This document shows positions 27,289-35,984 of a DNA stretch of 64,000 nt, one piece after another. The notes below the pieces were generated by a model, which saw only the letters and a program-made list of their open reading frames with translations, had not been told where the DNA came from and did not search any database. Each line of letters begins with the position of its first letter. Positions within the stretch are counted from its first letter, which is position 1. The stretch is from IMG/VR virus record IMGVR_UViG_3300046681_000127. One strand, given 5' to 3'. The translations under genes and the position numbers were made by a program. The stretch is from an uncultured virus (IMG/VR IMGVR_UViG_3300046681_000127). Lineage: Duplodnaviria > Heunggongvirae > Uroviricota > Caudoviricetes.

Positions 27289-27432
27289 GTGAAGGTCTAC
27301 ACGCTGACCATGCGCATCGAAGTCGACGACGAGGACGACCCCACCCCGCAGGACATCCGGGACGCGTTCTATGACGCGGGCGGCGACCTGCCCTTCGGGT
27401 TCGACATCACGACCATCGAGAAGGAGGGGTGA
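27289..27432 (+). CDS. 47-aa acidic protein (below the ORF-track cut-off)
   Basis: MKVYTLTMRIEVDDEDD...; RBS GAGG; coupled to next gene. Confidence 0.6.
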   Translation: MKVYTLTMRIEVDDEDDPTPQDIRDAFYDAGGDLPFGFDITTIEKEG

Positions 27433-27434
27433 CC

Positions 27435-27632
27435 ATGCCGTTCCGCATCATCCTGCGCACGATGGTCATCCCCGGCCTGCTGGGGCTCGCCGCCATGGCT
27501 GCGATCGTCATCCCGCGCGGTGGCCACGAACTCACCTGGCCCCGCCTGCTGTCCGGCTGCGCTGCCCTCGTCGTCGTTCAGGTCGGCGGCGGCTACATCG
27601 GCGGCCGGACGTCACGCCAGCCCACAGCCTGA
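27435..27632 (+). CDS. Small two-TM membrane protein
   Basis: Two hydrophobic stretches; RBS AGGAGG. Confidence 0.6.
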   Translation: MPFRIILRTMVIPGLLGLAAMAAIVIPRGGHELTWPRLLSGCAALVVVQVGGGYIGGRTSRQPTA

Positions 27633-27673
27633 CCCTGCCGCGCACCCGCCCGGCACGACACGAGGAGACCCGC

Positions 27674-28111
27674 ATGATCCCCGCATCCGACGGAAGTGCC
27701 TACATCTCCACCGGCATCACCGTCTCCTACCGCGAGATCGCTGGCCGCAAGGACGGCAAGCACCGCCCCGGATGGGGCGCCTCGCTCGACTTCCAAGACG
27801 CCGGATTCGCCGGTGATGACGACGCCGACACCGGAGCCGTCTCCACCGAGGGCGCGCTGCACACCCGCTACGCAGTGGTCGACGGCGACACCCGCACGGG
27901 GCTGTCCGCCGCCGTGGACGCCCTCATCGCCGACGCCGCCCGACTTGGCATCGAGTTCCGGAACGCGGGCGGCCCCACGCCGTACCTGTACTACAAGGGA
28001 GACGGCGAGTGGGAGGACTACCCGCCGCCGGAGGGATGGCGCGAGATCCTGGCCGCCGAGGCCGAGCGGATCGGTTGGACGTCGCCGTATCGGATCGCGT
28101 CCACTGCCTGA
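27674..28111 (+). CDS. Hypothetical protein
   Basis: RBS GAGGAG; typical codon usage. Confidence 0.7.
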   Translation: MIPASDGSAYISTGITVSYREIAGRKDGKHRPGWGASLDFQDAGFAGDDDADTGAVSTEGALHTRYAVVDGDTRTGLSAAVDALIADAARLGIEFRNAGGPTPYLYYKGDGEWEDYPPPEGWREILAAEAERIGWTSPYRIASTA

Positions 28112-28187
28112 CCGCCCCCGCGCTACGCTCGTCCCAGGCCTCGGCTCGCACCCCCGTCGAGTCGAGGCCGCCCTACGGAGGAGCCCC

Positions 28188-28358
28188 ATGGACCGCACCC
28201 AGCCGCCCGCCGCACCCCAGACCCGCCGCCGCATCCCCCTCGGCGAACTGGCCTCCCGGGGCAGCGCCGCCGCGTCACCCGCCCTGGCGCGCATCATGCC
28301 CGACGCGGCGAGTGCGGGGCGCGTGGACCGGGCGGCGTTCCAGTCGTTCAGCCGGTAG
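28188..28358 (+). CDS. FxSxx-COOH (FxsA)-like precursor peptide
   Basis: RRIPLGELA...ALARIMP...AAFQSFSR*; RBS GGAGGAG. Confidence 0.6.
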   Translation: MDRTQPPAAPQTRRRIPLGELASRGSAAASPALARIMPDAASAGRVDRAAFQSFSR

Positions 28359-28623
28359 CGGGCTCCCGCGCCGCCTGCTTCAACGCCCGCTGAAACTCGT
28401 ACCCGTCACCCTGCTCCAGCCCCGACGCGTCGAGCCCGGCCCGCAGCGCATCCGCCGCCGCATTCGTGACCGCCCACAGGTCTGCCAGGCGGGCCCGCTC
28501 CTCGTCCGACCACTCCAGTGACGGCTTGGCCACCTGCTCCTCGTAGGTGCTGATCGCCCCGAACGCGGCGGTCGCCGATCGCTGCAGGTCGGCCAGGGCG
28601 GGAGGGATCACGATGTCGCTCAT
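28348..28623 (-). CDS. Hypothetical protein, leaderless
   Basis: ATG 7 nt after -10 TACGAT. Confidence 0.7.
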   Translation of the reverse strand: MSDIVIPPALADLQRSATAAFGAISTYEEQVAKPSLEWSDEERARLADLWAVTNAAADALRAGLDASGLEQGDGYEFQRALKQAAREPATG

Positions 28624-28630
28624 GCGCGCG

Positions 28631-28678
28631 ATCGTAGGCGTTGACACTGACAGCGGCGTCGGGGCCCGCCGCTACGCT
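28631..28678. promoter_or_regulatory. Back-to-back RecA-NDp-like promoters
   Basis: Minus: TGTCAG-N10-TACGAT; plus: CGTCGG-N10-TACGCT; both 6-7 nt from an ATG. Confidence 0.65.
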
Positions 28679-28684
28679 GGACCC

Positions 28685-29023
28685 ATGCCCCAGGATGACG
28701 TGAGCGAGCTGGAAACCCTACGCGAGGCCATCCGTGACGAGCTCGGCAGCCTGTGGAGCGACCTCGGCCAAGCCCGCAGCAGCGCCATCAACGGCCAGTG
28801 GTCCATGCGCTGCGACTGGATCGTGGATCGCATCGGCAAGCTCACCCGGATCGTCGGCCCGACGCCATGGGAAGAGATCCACCTCCCGCTACTGGAGAAC
28901 GACGTCTACCAGCGCATCCACGCGGAGTTGGGAGTCGACGCTCCGGTCGACATGGAGCGAGTGACCAAGGCGCGGGCCAGCATCGACGCACGGAGTGAAC
29001 GCATGCGCGGCGCCCACCGCTGA
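28685..29023 (+). CDS. Hypothetical protein, leaderless
   Basis: ATG 6 nt after TACGCT. Confidence 0.7.
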   Translation: MPQDDVSELETLREAIRDELGSLWSDLGQARSSAINGQWSMRCDWIVDRIGKLTRIVGPTPWEEIHLPLLENDVYQRIHAELGVDAPVDMERVTKARASIDARSERMRGAHR

Positions 29024-29024
29024 A

Positions 29025-29222
29025 CTACGCCGCCCGCCCGTACCCGCCCTGCCCCTCGGCCCGCACGGCCGCCTTCCACTCCGCGAGCAGCCGCTCGTAC
29101 TCCCGGCGCTCCTCCGTGGTCAGACCGCGACCCCAGCGCGGGCGGAACAGGGCCCGGATCCGCGCGTTGACCTCGGCGGACGAGCGCGCGCCAGGAGAGG
29201 GTGCGGCGGGGGTTGGGGGCAT
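29025..29222 (-). CDS. Small hypothetical protein, leaderless
   Basis: RSSAEVNARIRAL...YERLLAEW; promoter TGTCAC-N10-TAAGCT at 29229-29250. Confidence 0.7.
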   Translation of the reverse strand: MPPTPAAPSPGARSSAEVNARIRALFRPRWGRGLTTEERREYERLLAEWKAAVRAEGQGGYGRAA

Positions 29223-29271
29223 GGATCAAGCTTAGAGGGCGGCAGTGACAGGAGCGTGAACGCGGGCGGCG

Positions 29272-29508
29272 TCAACCTCCCGCCGGCGCCACCACGAACG
29301 TGCCCTTGTTGGGCAGGGTCACCACCAGGCCGCGATCCCGCAGCTCCCGGACCGCGCGACTTGCCGTGCCCGGGGCGACACCGTACTGCGCGCCCATGTC
29401 CCGCTCATTCGGCAGGCGGGCACCTACGGGCAGCCGACCGGCACGAATCTCCGCCTCGACCTTGTCGGCGACCTGCATGTACACGTACTGCGGGATCCCC
29501 TCACTCAT
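29272..29508 (-). CDS. GntR-family wHTH regulator
   Basis: YMQVAD...G.RLP.ER.....YGVA..T..RA...L...GLV.T....GTFV. Confidence 0.9.
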   Translation of the reverse strand: MSEGIPQYVYMQVADKVEAEIRAGRLPVGARLPNERDMGAQYGVAPGTASRAVRELRDRGLVVTLPNKGTFVVAPAGG

Positions 29509-29670
29509 GATCGCAACGTAGAGCTGCACGCCGCGCCAGGCATCCGTAGGTGGCCGTATGGGGCCACATAGGGCGGCATATGGCGGTAGCGTCTGAACAG
29601 CGAAAACCCCCGGCGCCGCGCGACACGGCCACCGGGGGCGGAACCACCGACCTGATGAGAGCAGGCCAGC

Positions 29671-30105
29671 ATGGACCAGCCTACGGACGACGCCGGGCGG
29701 CGAACAGCAGCGGTCGCCGACGTAAGGACCCGCCTCCCATGGCTGCCACCCGACGCCCGCAACTCCCGACTGGTCCGCGCCGGCGAATACTGGGACGCCA
29801 TCCGCGTACCCCGCGCCGAAGGGGAGCAGGTCGCCAAACTCCTCGCCGGCGACAACGGCGCCATCATCTCCGACGGCTTCGTCCTCTACTGGCTCATCCT
29901 GCCCGGCGCCGCAACAGCCTGGGACATACCTCTCGGCCGCGGCGTCTTCGTGCGCGGCACGGGCACCTGGGTCGGCGTACCCGGGCTGCTGTGCGTCGGC
30001 ATCCCGCACTGGCGGATCCTGCCGACTCAGGTCGACGACTACCTCACCAGCGCCGGGCTGCTGTACCGGGCTCTGAGCGCGGTACTGCGGGACGGCGATG
30101 CGTAA
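29671..30105 (+). CDS. Hypothetical protein divergent from GntR
   Basis: AGEYWDAIRVP...LYWLI; typical codon usage. Confidence 0.7.
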   Translation: MDQPTDDAGRRTAAVADVRTRLPWLPPDARNSRLVRAGEYWDAIRVPRAEGEQVAKLLAGDNGAIISDGFVLYWLILPGAATAWDIPLGRGVFVRGTGTWVGVPGLLCVGIPHWRILPTQVDDYLTSAGLLYRALSAVLRDGDA

Positions 30106-30145
30106 CCCGCGACCGGCGGCTACTCCGGCGGGTCGGCGATGATGG

Positions 30146-30394
30146 TCACTCCTCGTGCGGATCTGCGAATAGCGAGCTCACCGGCACGCCGAGCGCGTCG
30201 GCGATGAGCAGCAGCTCCACCACGGTCGGGGTGCGGACGCCGGTCTCGTACCGGTTGATGGCCTTGCGCTCCAAGAACGCCCGCTCAGCTAACCGCTCCT
30301 GGCTCAGGCCGGCGCGACGGCGGAGGACGGCGATGCGGAGGCCGACTGCCCGGCGGGCGGGTTCCACCCAGTCGGGTAGCGGATCGAGGGGCAC
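30146..30394 (-). CDS. XRE-family HTH regulator
   Basis: GLSQERLAE......INRYETG...P....L..IADALGV. Confidence 0.88.
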   Translation of the reverse strand: MPLDPLPDWVEPARRAVGLRIAVLRRRAGLSQERLAERAFLERKAINRYETGVRTPTVVELLLIADALGVPVSSLFADPHEE

Positions 30395-30734
30395 TCGACA
30401 AACGCTTGACCAGCGCTGATCATTAGGCCGTACCCAATTGGGTACATCATCCGAACGGAGCGCGTCGGCGACGGTCGACAGCACTCACATCGCAGGACAG
30501 AGGAAACGATTCGCCGTGGTGCATGTATCTACCGCATCCCGGGAACGCAGCTCCTACCTGCCGCATACAGACCTCGCTCCGCGGTTACGCCACGGGGCTT
30601 GAGGTGATGCGCCTTATTCGCACAGATGTTCACCCGAACGAGTGAACCACCTTTGGCCTACGCCTGTCGTTAAGCAAGGTGGCCCAACCCCGCCAGCCGC
30701 CCGCCGGCCCCGCCTGCCCACAAGGAGAGGCTCC

Positions 30735-31037
30735 ATGAACGATGACGAAATCCTCGCGCTCTACGAGTGGGCCCCCGGCGACTGCTTCCGCTGCGCGAAG
30801 ACCGACATCGATACCGCCCTCATCGACGAGGTGCACCCGCGCATCGGCGGTACGGCAGAGTTCCGCGCCTGCCGGGGGTGCGTGCTGGCCATAGAGGATG
30901 AGCGGCGGCGCGTGGCGGCGCGCGAGCGTCAGGAGTACCAGCCGGGAAGACTGGGCTCACGATCGCGACACCGCGTCGCAGCGAGGACGCCTCACTGTCG
31001 CAAGAGCCCTGATGAGGGCCCACTCCCCGGGGAGTAG
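30735..31037 (+). CDS. Zinc-finger hypothetical protein
   Basis: CFRC...CRGC; RBS AAGGAG. Confidence 0.65.
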   Translation: MNDDEILALYEWAPGDCFRCAKTDIDTALIDEVHPRIGGTAEFRACRGCVLAIEDERRRVAARERQEYQPGRLGSRSRHRVAARTPHCRKSPDEGPLPGE

Positions 31038-31185
31038 CTGGGGAGAATTCCCGCTGGGGAGCCCTCGGGGAGGCCTATGTGCCCCCATAACAACCCACCA
31101 TGAGAACAGATGAGAACGGAAGAGAACGCAGATCAGAGGCTTGAGGAGTACGAGCCGAGACAACGCCCCTGATGCGCATGAGCCA

Positions 31186-31305
31186 GATTCCATGTACGAC
31201 GAGTACAAGGAACCCCTGTACGCCGCTCCCCCGCTGCTTCAGCGCATGGTCGCCGCGGGGCGGCTGGGCCGCAAGACGGCGCACGGCTTCTACGACTACG
31301 CATGA
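31186..31305 (+). pseudogene. 3' fragment of a 3-hydroxybutyryl/3-hydroxyacyl-CoA dehydrogenase gene
   Basis: DSMYDEYKEPLYAAPPLLQRMVAAGRLGRKTAHGFYDYA*, with the GxLGxKxxxGFY C-terminal signature. Confidence 0.85.
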
Positions 31306-31360
31306 CCTGCGAAAACGACCGCCAGCAAGATCGTAGACCGCCGGTCGCTAAGCATGAAAC

Positions 31361-31392
31361 GGGCCCGCCTCCCTTGCTCGGGAAGCGGGCCC
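31361..31392. terminator. Stem-loop between attP and integrase
   Basis: GGGCCCGCCTCCC...GGGAAGCGGGCCC. Confidence 0.6.
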
Positions 31393-31437
31393 AACTGATC
31401 TTTTCTGGCCCTGGGGAGTCCCTGGGGAGTAGGAGCC

Positions 31438-32685
31438 TCAGTCGGCACTCAGCCACGCATCCACCGCGCTCCTCCCCCGCTGCCCCCTGTCCGGCATGAA
31501 GTGCGCGTAGGTGTCGAACGTGATCTTCGGTGAGGAGTGGCCCATCCACTGTGACAGCGACACCGGATCCTCGCCAGCATGAAGCTGAACACTCGCATAG
31601 GTGTGCCGGAACCGGTGGTGCATCATCTCCCGCGACGACTCCCACCCACTCCCCTCCGCATCCTCGTCCCGCTCCGCGATGAGCCCGGCCGCAGCGAGCG
31701 CCGGCTTGAGGTTCTTCGAGTTGAACGTCGACCCGTTGACCACATTGCCGAACCACGTCGTGATGAGCAGCGGCACCGTCACCGTCGTCCGCTTGCCGTT
31801 ACCCGGGCCCCGCCACGGAAGCGTGACCGTCACCGGCGGGTACTTCTCCTTGTGCGCCAGGACCGCCTTCAGCAGGCCCGGGGACAGCGGGACGTCCCGC
31901 TCCTTGTTGCCCTTCGGGAGCTTGAAGTACGGCTTACCCGGATCCCACAGCAGTTGCCGGCGCAAGTGAATCACCGCGGTCGCCTCGTCGACGTCGTCAG
32001 GACTGAATCCGAAGGCCTCGCCCTGCCGCAGACCTGCCGCCACTCCGAGATCGACGCAGATCCGATACCACTCGGACAAGCCGGCGCGGATGGCGTGCAC
32101 TTCGTCCGCCGCCCATGCCCGCGCTTTGGTGTCGCCGCCGCCCTTCGGTCGCAGGTCCACGTTCTCGCTACAGGGGTTGCGGACGATCCGCTTGCCGACG
32201 GCCGACTTCAGGATGCCCGTGAGGTGCGCCCAGATCACTTCCATCGTGGACTCGGACAGGTTCGGCTTGTCGCGCAACGTGGCCACCCACGTCGCCAGGT
32301 GGTCCCGGTCGATGACGCCCATCGGCAGATGCCCGAGGTGCGGCAGGATGTGGTTCCTGATCTTCGACCACATGGGGCTTGCCGTGCCGACGGGGTCGCG
32401 ACGCGCCGGCCACCAGATGGTCTCGACGTACTCGCGCAGCAGGATGGAACCCTCGCGGGGGTCGATGAACTCCTGGCGCGTCATGTCGGTCTGGGCCTTG
32501 GCCAGCCATGCCTGGGCCGCCTTGAGCTTGCCGTCCTCGAAGGACCGGGCCCGCACGCCGGGGATGCCGGCGACCTTGTAGCGCTTGCCCTGCCCGTGGC
32601 GGTCGGTCTTGCGCTTCTTACCGGTGGCGGGATCCGGGCGCTTGGTCCACCAGCGATCCTCGACGTAGCCGGCCACCGTCGCCAC
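31438..32685 (-). CDS. int: Tyrosine integrase
   Basis: GLRQGE (R), PK (K), HRFRH (HxxR), MGH, Y in DTYAH. Confidence 0.95.
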   Translation of the reverse strand: MATVAGYVEDRWWTKRPDPATGKKRKTDRHGQGKRYKVAGIPGVRARSFEDGKLKAAQAWLAKAQTDMTRQEFIDPREGSILLREYVETIWWPARRDPVGTASPMWSKIRNHILPHLGHLPMGVIDRDHLATWVATLRDKPNLSESTMEVIWAHLTGILKSAVGKRIVRNPCSENVDLRPKGGGDTKARAWAADEVHAIRAGLSEWYRICVDLGVAAGLRQGEAFGFSPDDVDEATAVIHLRRQLLWDPGKPYFKLPKGNKERDVPLSPGLLKAVLAHKEKYPPVTVTLPWRGPGNGKRTTVTVPLLITTWFGNVVNGSTFNSKNLKPALAAAGLIAERDEDAEGSGWESSREMMHHRFRHTYASVQLHAGEDPVSLSQWMGHSSPKITFDTYAHFMPDRGQRGRSAVDAWLSAD

Positions 32686-32953
32686 CCCCGTTGTTCTCGT
32701 TCTCGTCTTCCGGCGTGTGGGCGCCGATGATCTGACCTCTCCACAGTTGGAACCACTGTCCTCCGGCGATCAGCTCTTCGGCGGAGGCGTTGAGGGCTGC
32801 CACGCCCACTTCCGTGAACGGGCCGGGCAGGAGGTGGTAGGTGAGGATGCCGCGCCGTTCGAGGGCGACGAGCGGTGCGTCTTCGGTGAGTTGCCGCATG
32901 CTGCCGTCTGGCATCTCGACTTCGTAGGCGAGCACGTAGCGGACTTTGAGCAT
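32618..32953 (-). CDS. Hypothetical protein (immunity/integrase operon)
   Basis: Upstream of int, same strand. Confidence 0.6.
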   Translation of the reverse strand: MLKVRYVLAYEVEMPDGSMRQLTEDAPLVALERRGILTYHLLPGPFTEVGVAALNASAEELIAGGQWFQLWRGQIIGAHTPEDENENNGGGDGGRLRRGSLVDQAPGSRHR

Positions 32954-33118
32954 GAACCTACCCCCTGCCGATCAACAACCGTCACACAAACGTGCGAGTC
33001 GTGTACATAGCGTGGTGGCGGAATGTACTCCTTGATCCACGCAATTCACAACGATTCTCACACGGGGCTTTGTGGCAAGACGTCAAGAAGTGGCAGAAGA
33101 TGCACAGTTGACGCTCAG

Positions 33119-33601
33119 CTACTCGACGTCTTCCTCTGCGGAATCGGCAGCCTCGACCATCCGACGCATCAGTCGCCGCCGCGCGGGTGACATGCCAGCA
33201 AGATGCGCGACAACGATCCGCGTGTCGTCGTCGTACCCGGCGAGCTCGGTGGCCTGGTAGTCGAGGAACTGGATCGCAGCAGCCCGCTTCACCACCGACA
33301 GGGGCTTGCGCAGTCCGGCCGCGATGGCACCGAGCCGCTCCGGAGTCGGAGCGGTCGTTCCGGCACCTGCGGCGAGCTTCTGGAAGTACGGCTTACTGAG
33401 GGTGGTGCCGGTCTCAGGGTCGATGGCGCGGTCGGCCATCTGCTGGAGCGAGACACCGTTGTCGTTGACCTCGCGGACGAGGCGGCTCAGGGCGTCGCGG
33501 TCCATGTCTCGGACCAGGTCGGGGGGCAGGTCACTGGCGGGCTGGTGGTCGCGGCCAAGATCTGGGGCCTGCATTCCGCTGTCCCTTCGCATCTCATCCA
33601 C
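33119..33601 (-). CDS. Probable immunity repressor (XRE-like)
   Basis: SLQQMADR...LSK.Y..KL....P....L.AIA.GL; divergent from early operon; start uncertain. Confidence 0.7.
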   Translation of the reverse strand: MDEMRRDSGMQAPDLGRDHQPASDLPPDLVRDMDRDALSRLVREVNDNGVSLQQMADRAIDPETGTTLSKPYFQKLAAGAGTTAPTPERLGAIAAGLRKPLSVVKRAAAIQFLDYQATELAGYDDDTRIVVAHLAGMSPARRRLMRRMVEAADSAEEDVE

Positions 33602-33817
33602 ACCGGCTGTCTCTCAGGTAGTCCGGATTGGTTACGAAAATTGCTGGTCAGAGCGTACAACCATCTTGCGATTGCGACAGATCGTCTACAGATCGATGTT
33701 ACCCAACCCTCATCACCAGCAACACGTCGGTTTCAGTCGGTCGGATCGGTAGACGAATCGGCTCCAGCATGGTTTGCTGTTCTCATCCGGAGCCGATTCG
33801 TTCTCTTGGAGATCCGC

Positions 33818-34120
33818 TTGAACGTCCGCTACACGCTCCGTGACCGGGAGCTGCTCCGCAAACTCATGGAGCATCCGGGCCGCGGCGCCCCCTACAGCAC
33901 TCGCACCCTCGCCGCGGCGGCGACGCTCAGGAATCACCACCTGGTGCACCGCCTCCTCGACGGCAAGCACCCACAAGAGACATGCGACATGGATGAAGCC
34001 CACCGCATCGCGGAGGCCCTCGGCGTAGCCGTACTCGTCCTTTTCGCGCCCCCCGCGTCTCCCAATCAGACCGATTCGGCTATGGATCAGAAACCCCCCA
34101 CCTCAAGGAGCGTCCCGTGA
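33818..34120 (+). CDS. Cro-like HTH protein
   Basis: YSTRTLA...V.RLL.G....A.RIAEALGV...LF. Confidence 0.7.
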   Translation: MNVRYTLRDRELLRKLMEHPGRGAPYSTRTLAAAATLRNHHLVHRLLDGKHPQETCDMDEAHRIAEALGVAVLVLFAPPASPNQTDSAMDQKPPTSRSVP

Positions 34121-34452
34121 ACAACCGCAAGCAGGCCATGCAGAAGCCCCCGCCCGGCATCGTCTTCATCGAGGACTACCTCAGCGAAGACGGCAAAGAA
34201 CAGATCGCCGGCATCGCCACCCGCCTCGGACTCATCCCGAGCAGCTACCGAAAGTGGCGGATGGCTGGAAAGGGTCCCCTCACCTTCATGCTCGGCAAGC
34301 GCGTCGCCGCCCGCATAGAGGACGTGGATGCCTGGGTCGCCGAGCAGTACCGCGCTGGCGTAGAGCCCAGCGAGGACGAGCGCCCGCCCGAGCCGCTGGT
34401 CCCCACCCAGCAGCGCCACGTCCGCCGCCAGCCCGTCTCCGCCGGTCGCTAG
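34117..34452 (+). CDS. Excisionase/AlpA-like HTH protein
   Basis: IATRLG...YRKWR..GKGP...GKRV......VDAW. Confidence 0.7.
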   Translation: MNNRKQAMQKPPPGIVFIEDYLSEDGKEQIAGIATRLGLIPSSYRKWRMAGKGPLTFMLGKRVAARIEDVDAWVAEQYRAGVEPSEDERPPEPLVPTQQRHVRRQPVSAGR

Positions 34453-34542
34453 ACGGCTTCGGCCCCGACCGCCGGAATCTCACCTCCGGCAGCAGGGGCC
34501 TTGCGATCCACCAACCACCTGCAAGGACAGAAAGAGGACCGC

Positions 34543-35454
34543 GTGTCCATTCTTCCATCCGACGGGATCTCCCCGTTCGACGCCACCAAGCAGACCGACC
34601 CCGAGCGCGGCGACTTCTGGTCCGCCCGCGATCTCCAGCCCGAGATGGGCTACGACCGCTGGCAGCGGTTCGAGTCGGCCATCGAGCGCGCCATCGCCGC
34701 CTGCGAGAACAGCGGCCACGACCCCAAGGAGCATTTTCGCGGCGCCGCGAAGAAGGTCGGCATCGGTTCGGGCGCTGAGCGCTCGGTCCTCGACTGGCAC
34801 TTCACCCGCTACGCGGCCTACCTCGTCGCGATGAACGGCGACCCGCGTAAGTCCGAGATCGCCGCAGCGCAGACGTACTTCGCGGTGAAGACCCACGAGG
34901 CCGAGGCCATGCAGTCCCGGCTGTTCATGGTCCCGTCAACCTTCGCCGGCGCTCTGGAACTCGCTGCCCGCCAGGCCCGGGAGCTGGAGGACGTGCGGGC
35001 TGAGAACACCGAGCTCGTGGCGACGAACCAGAAGCTGTCACCGAAGGCCCGCATTGCCGACCAGTACGGGGCGAACCCGGGGATCACGCCGACGGTGTTC
35101 CACAAGCAGCACTTCCCGCAGGTCAGCGAGCGCGGGTTCTTCGAGCACCTGTACCGCAAGGACTACCTGATCGACCAGCGCAACACCCGCTGGGACGAGC
35201 GGAAGCAGGAGTGGAAGGACGGCACGGAGCACGCGCATCCCACGGCGAAGGGCAAGCGCTACTTCTACCTCGCGCCGAAGCTCGACAAGGGCGGGGTGCG
35301 CCGTCAGCAGACGCTCGTCATCCCGGGCGAGGCTGAGCTGGACCTGGTGGCAGCACTGGAGCGTGACGGGCTGCCGTCGCGGAACCGGCCGGCGCTCCCC
35401 GGCGCGCACATCATGCAGTTCCCCACCGGTACCGGTGGGGGTGACCTCGCATGA
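34543..35454 (+). CDS. Phage antirepressor (BRO/DinD-like N-terminus, KilAC-like C-terminus)
   Basis: WSARDL...GY..W..F...I.RA, AMNGDPRK..IA.AQ.YF, P.TFA.AL. Confidence 0.85.
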   Translation: MSILPSDGISPFDATKQTDPERGDFWSARDLQPEMGYDRWQRFESAIERAIAACENSGHDPKEHFRGAAKKVGIGSGAERSVLDWHFTRYAAYLVAMNGDPRKSEIAAAQTYFAVKTHEAEAMQSRLFMVPSTFAGALELAARQARELEDVRAENTELVATNQKLSPKARIADQYGANPGITPTVFHKQHFPQVSERGFFEHLYRKDYLIDQRNTRWDERKQEWKDGTEHAHPTAKGKRYFYLAPKLDKGGVRRQQTLVIPGEAELDLVAALERDGLPSRNRPALPGAHIMQFPTGTGGGDLA

Positions 35455-35984
35455 CCACCCCCGACCTCACCCCCATCCCCCTGTCGCCGGAGCGCCTGGC
35501 GGAGATCCGCGAGCACGTGGCCGGCATCAGCAACTTCACGCTGGGGAACCTCGCCGACCGCGACCTACTGGCCGAGGTCGACCGCCTGACCGCCGAGCGG
35601 GACAAGCTGGCCCACGAGTTGGACGGCACCTCCTTGTCCCTCTGGGAGGAGGAGCAGGAGAACGCACGGCTGTTCCTGGCGTGGGGCTCGGCTCGGATGC
35701 GGGCTCGGCGCAAGAACGAGGCGCTGAAGAAGCTGCGCGAACGGGTCGCCCAGCTGGAGACCACCCACGCCCCCCGTCTCTGCACCTGTGGCCACTCGCG
35801 GCCTGCTCACACCGCACCGGAGCCGCACTCCTGCTTCGCACACGGCCAGACGTGCACCTGTCCGACCTACCGGCAGCTGCCGCCCGCTGAGGCTTGGGCG
35901 CAGCTGGATAAGAATATTCGGGCGAGCGAGGTCCATGCCGCCGAGCAGGCTGCGGCTGTCGGCGCTGAGGGCGGTGCCCGATGA
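35451..35984 (+). CDS. Hypothetical early protein with CxCGH zinc motif
   Basis: ATGA-coupled. Confidence 0.65.
   Translation: MTTPDLTPIPLSPERLAEIREHVAGISNFTLGNLADRDLLAEVDRLTAERDKLAHELDGTSLSLWEEEQENARLFLAWGSARMRARRKNEALKKLRERVAQLETTHAPRLCTCGHSRPAHTAPEPHSCFAHGQTCTCPTYRQLPPAEAWAQLDKNIRASEVHAAEQAAAVGAEGGAR

Larger units (their letters stand above)
31025..31430. other. attP: attP region: arm-type repeats around a host-gene fragment
   Basis: Six GGGGAG-core 11-mers in three tandem pairs flanking 31186-31305, beside the integrase 3' end. Confidence 0.8.
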
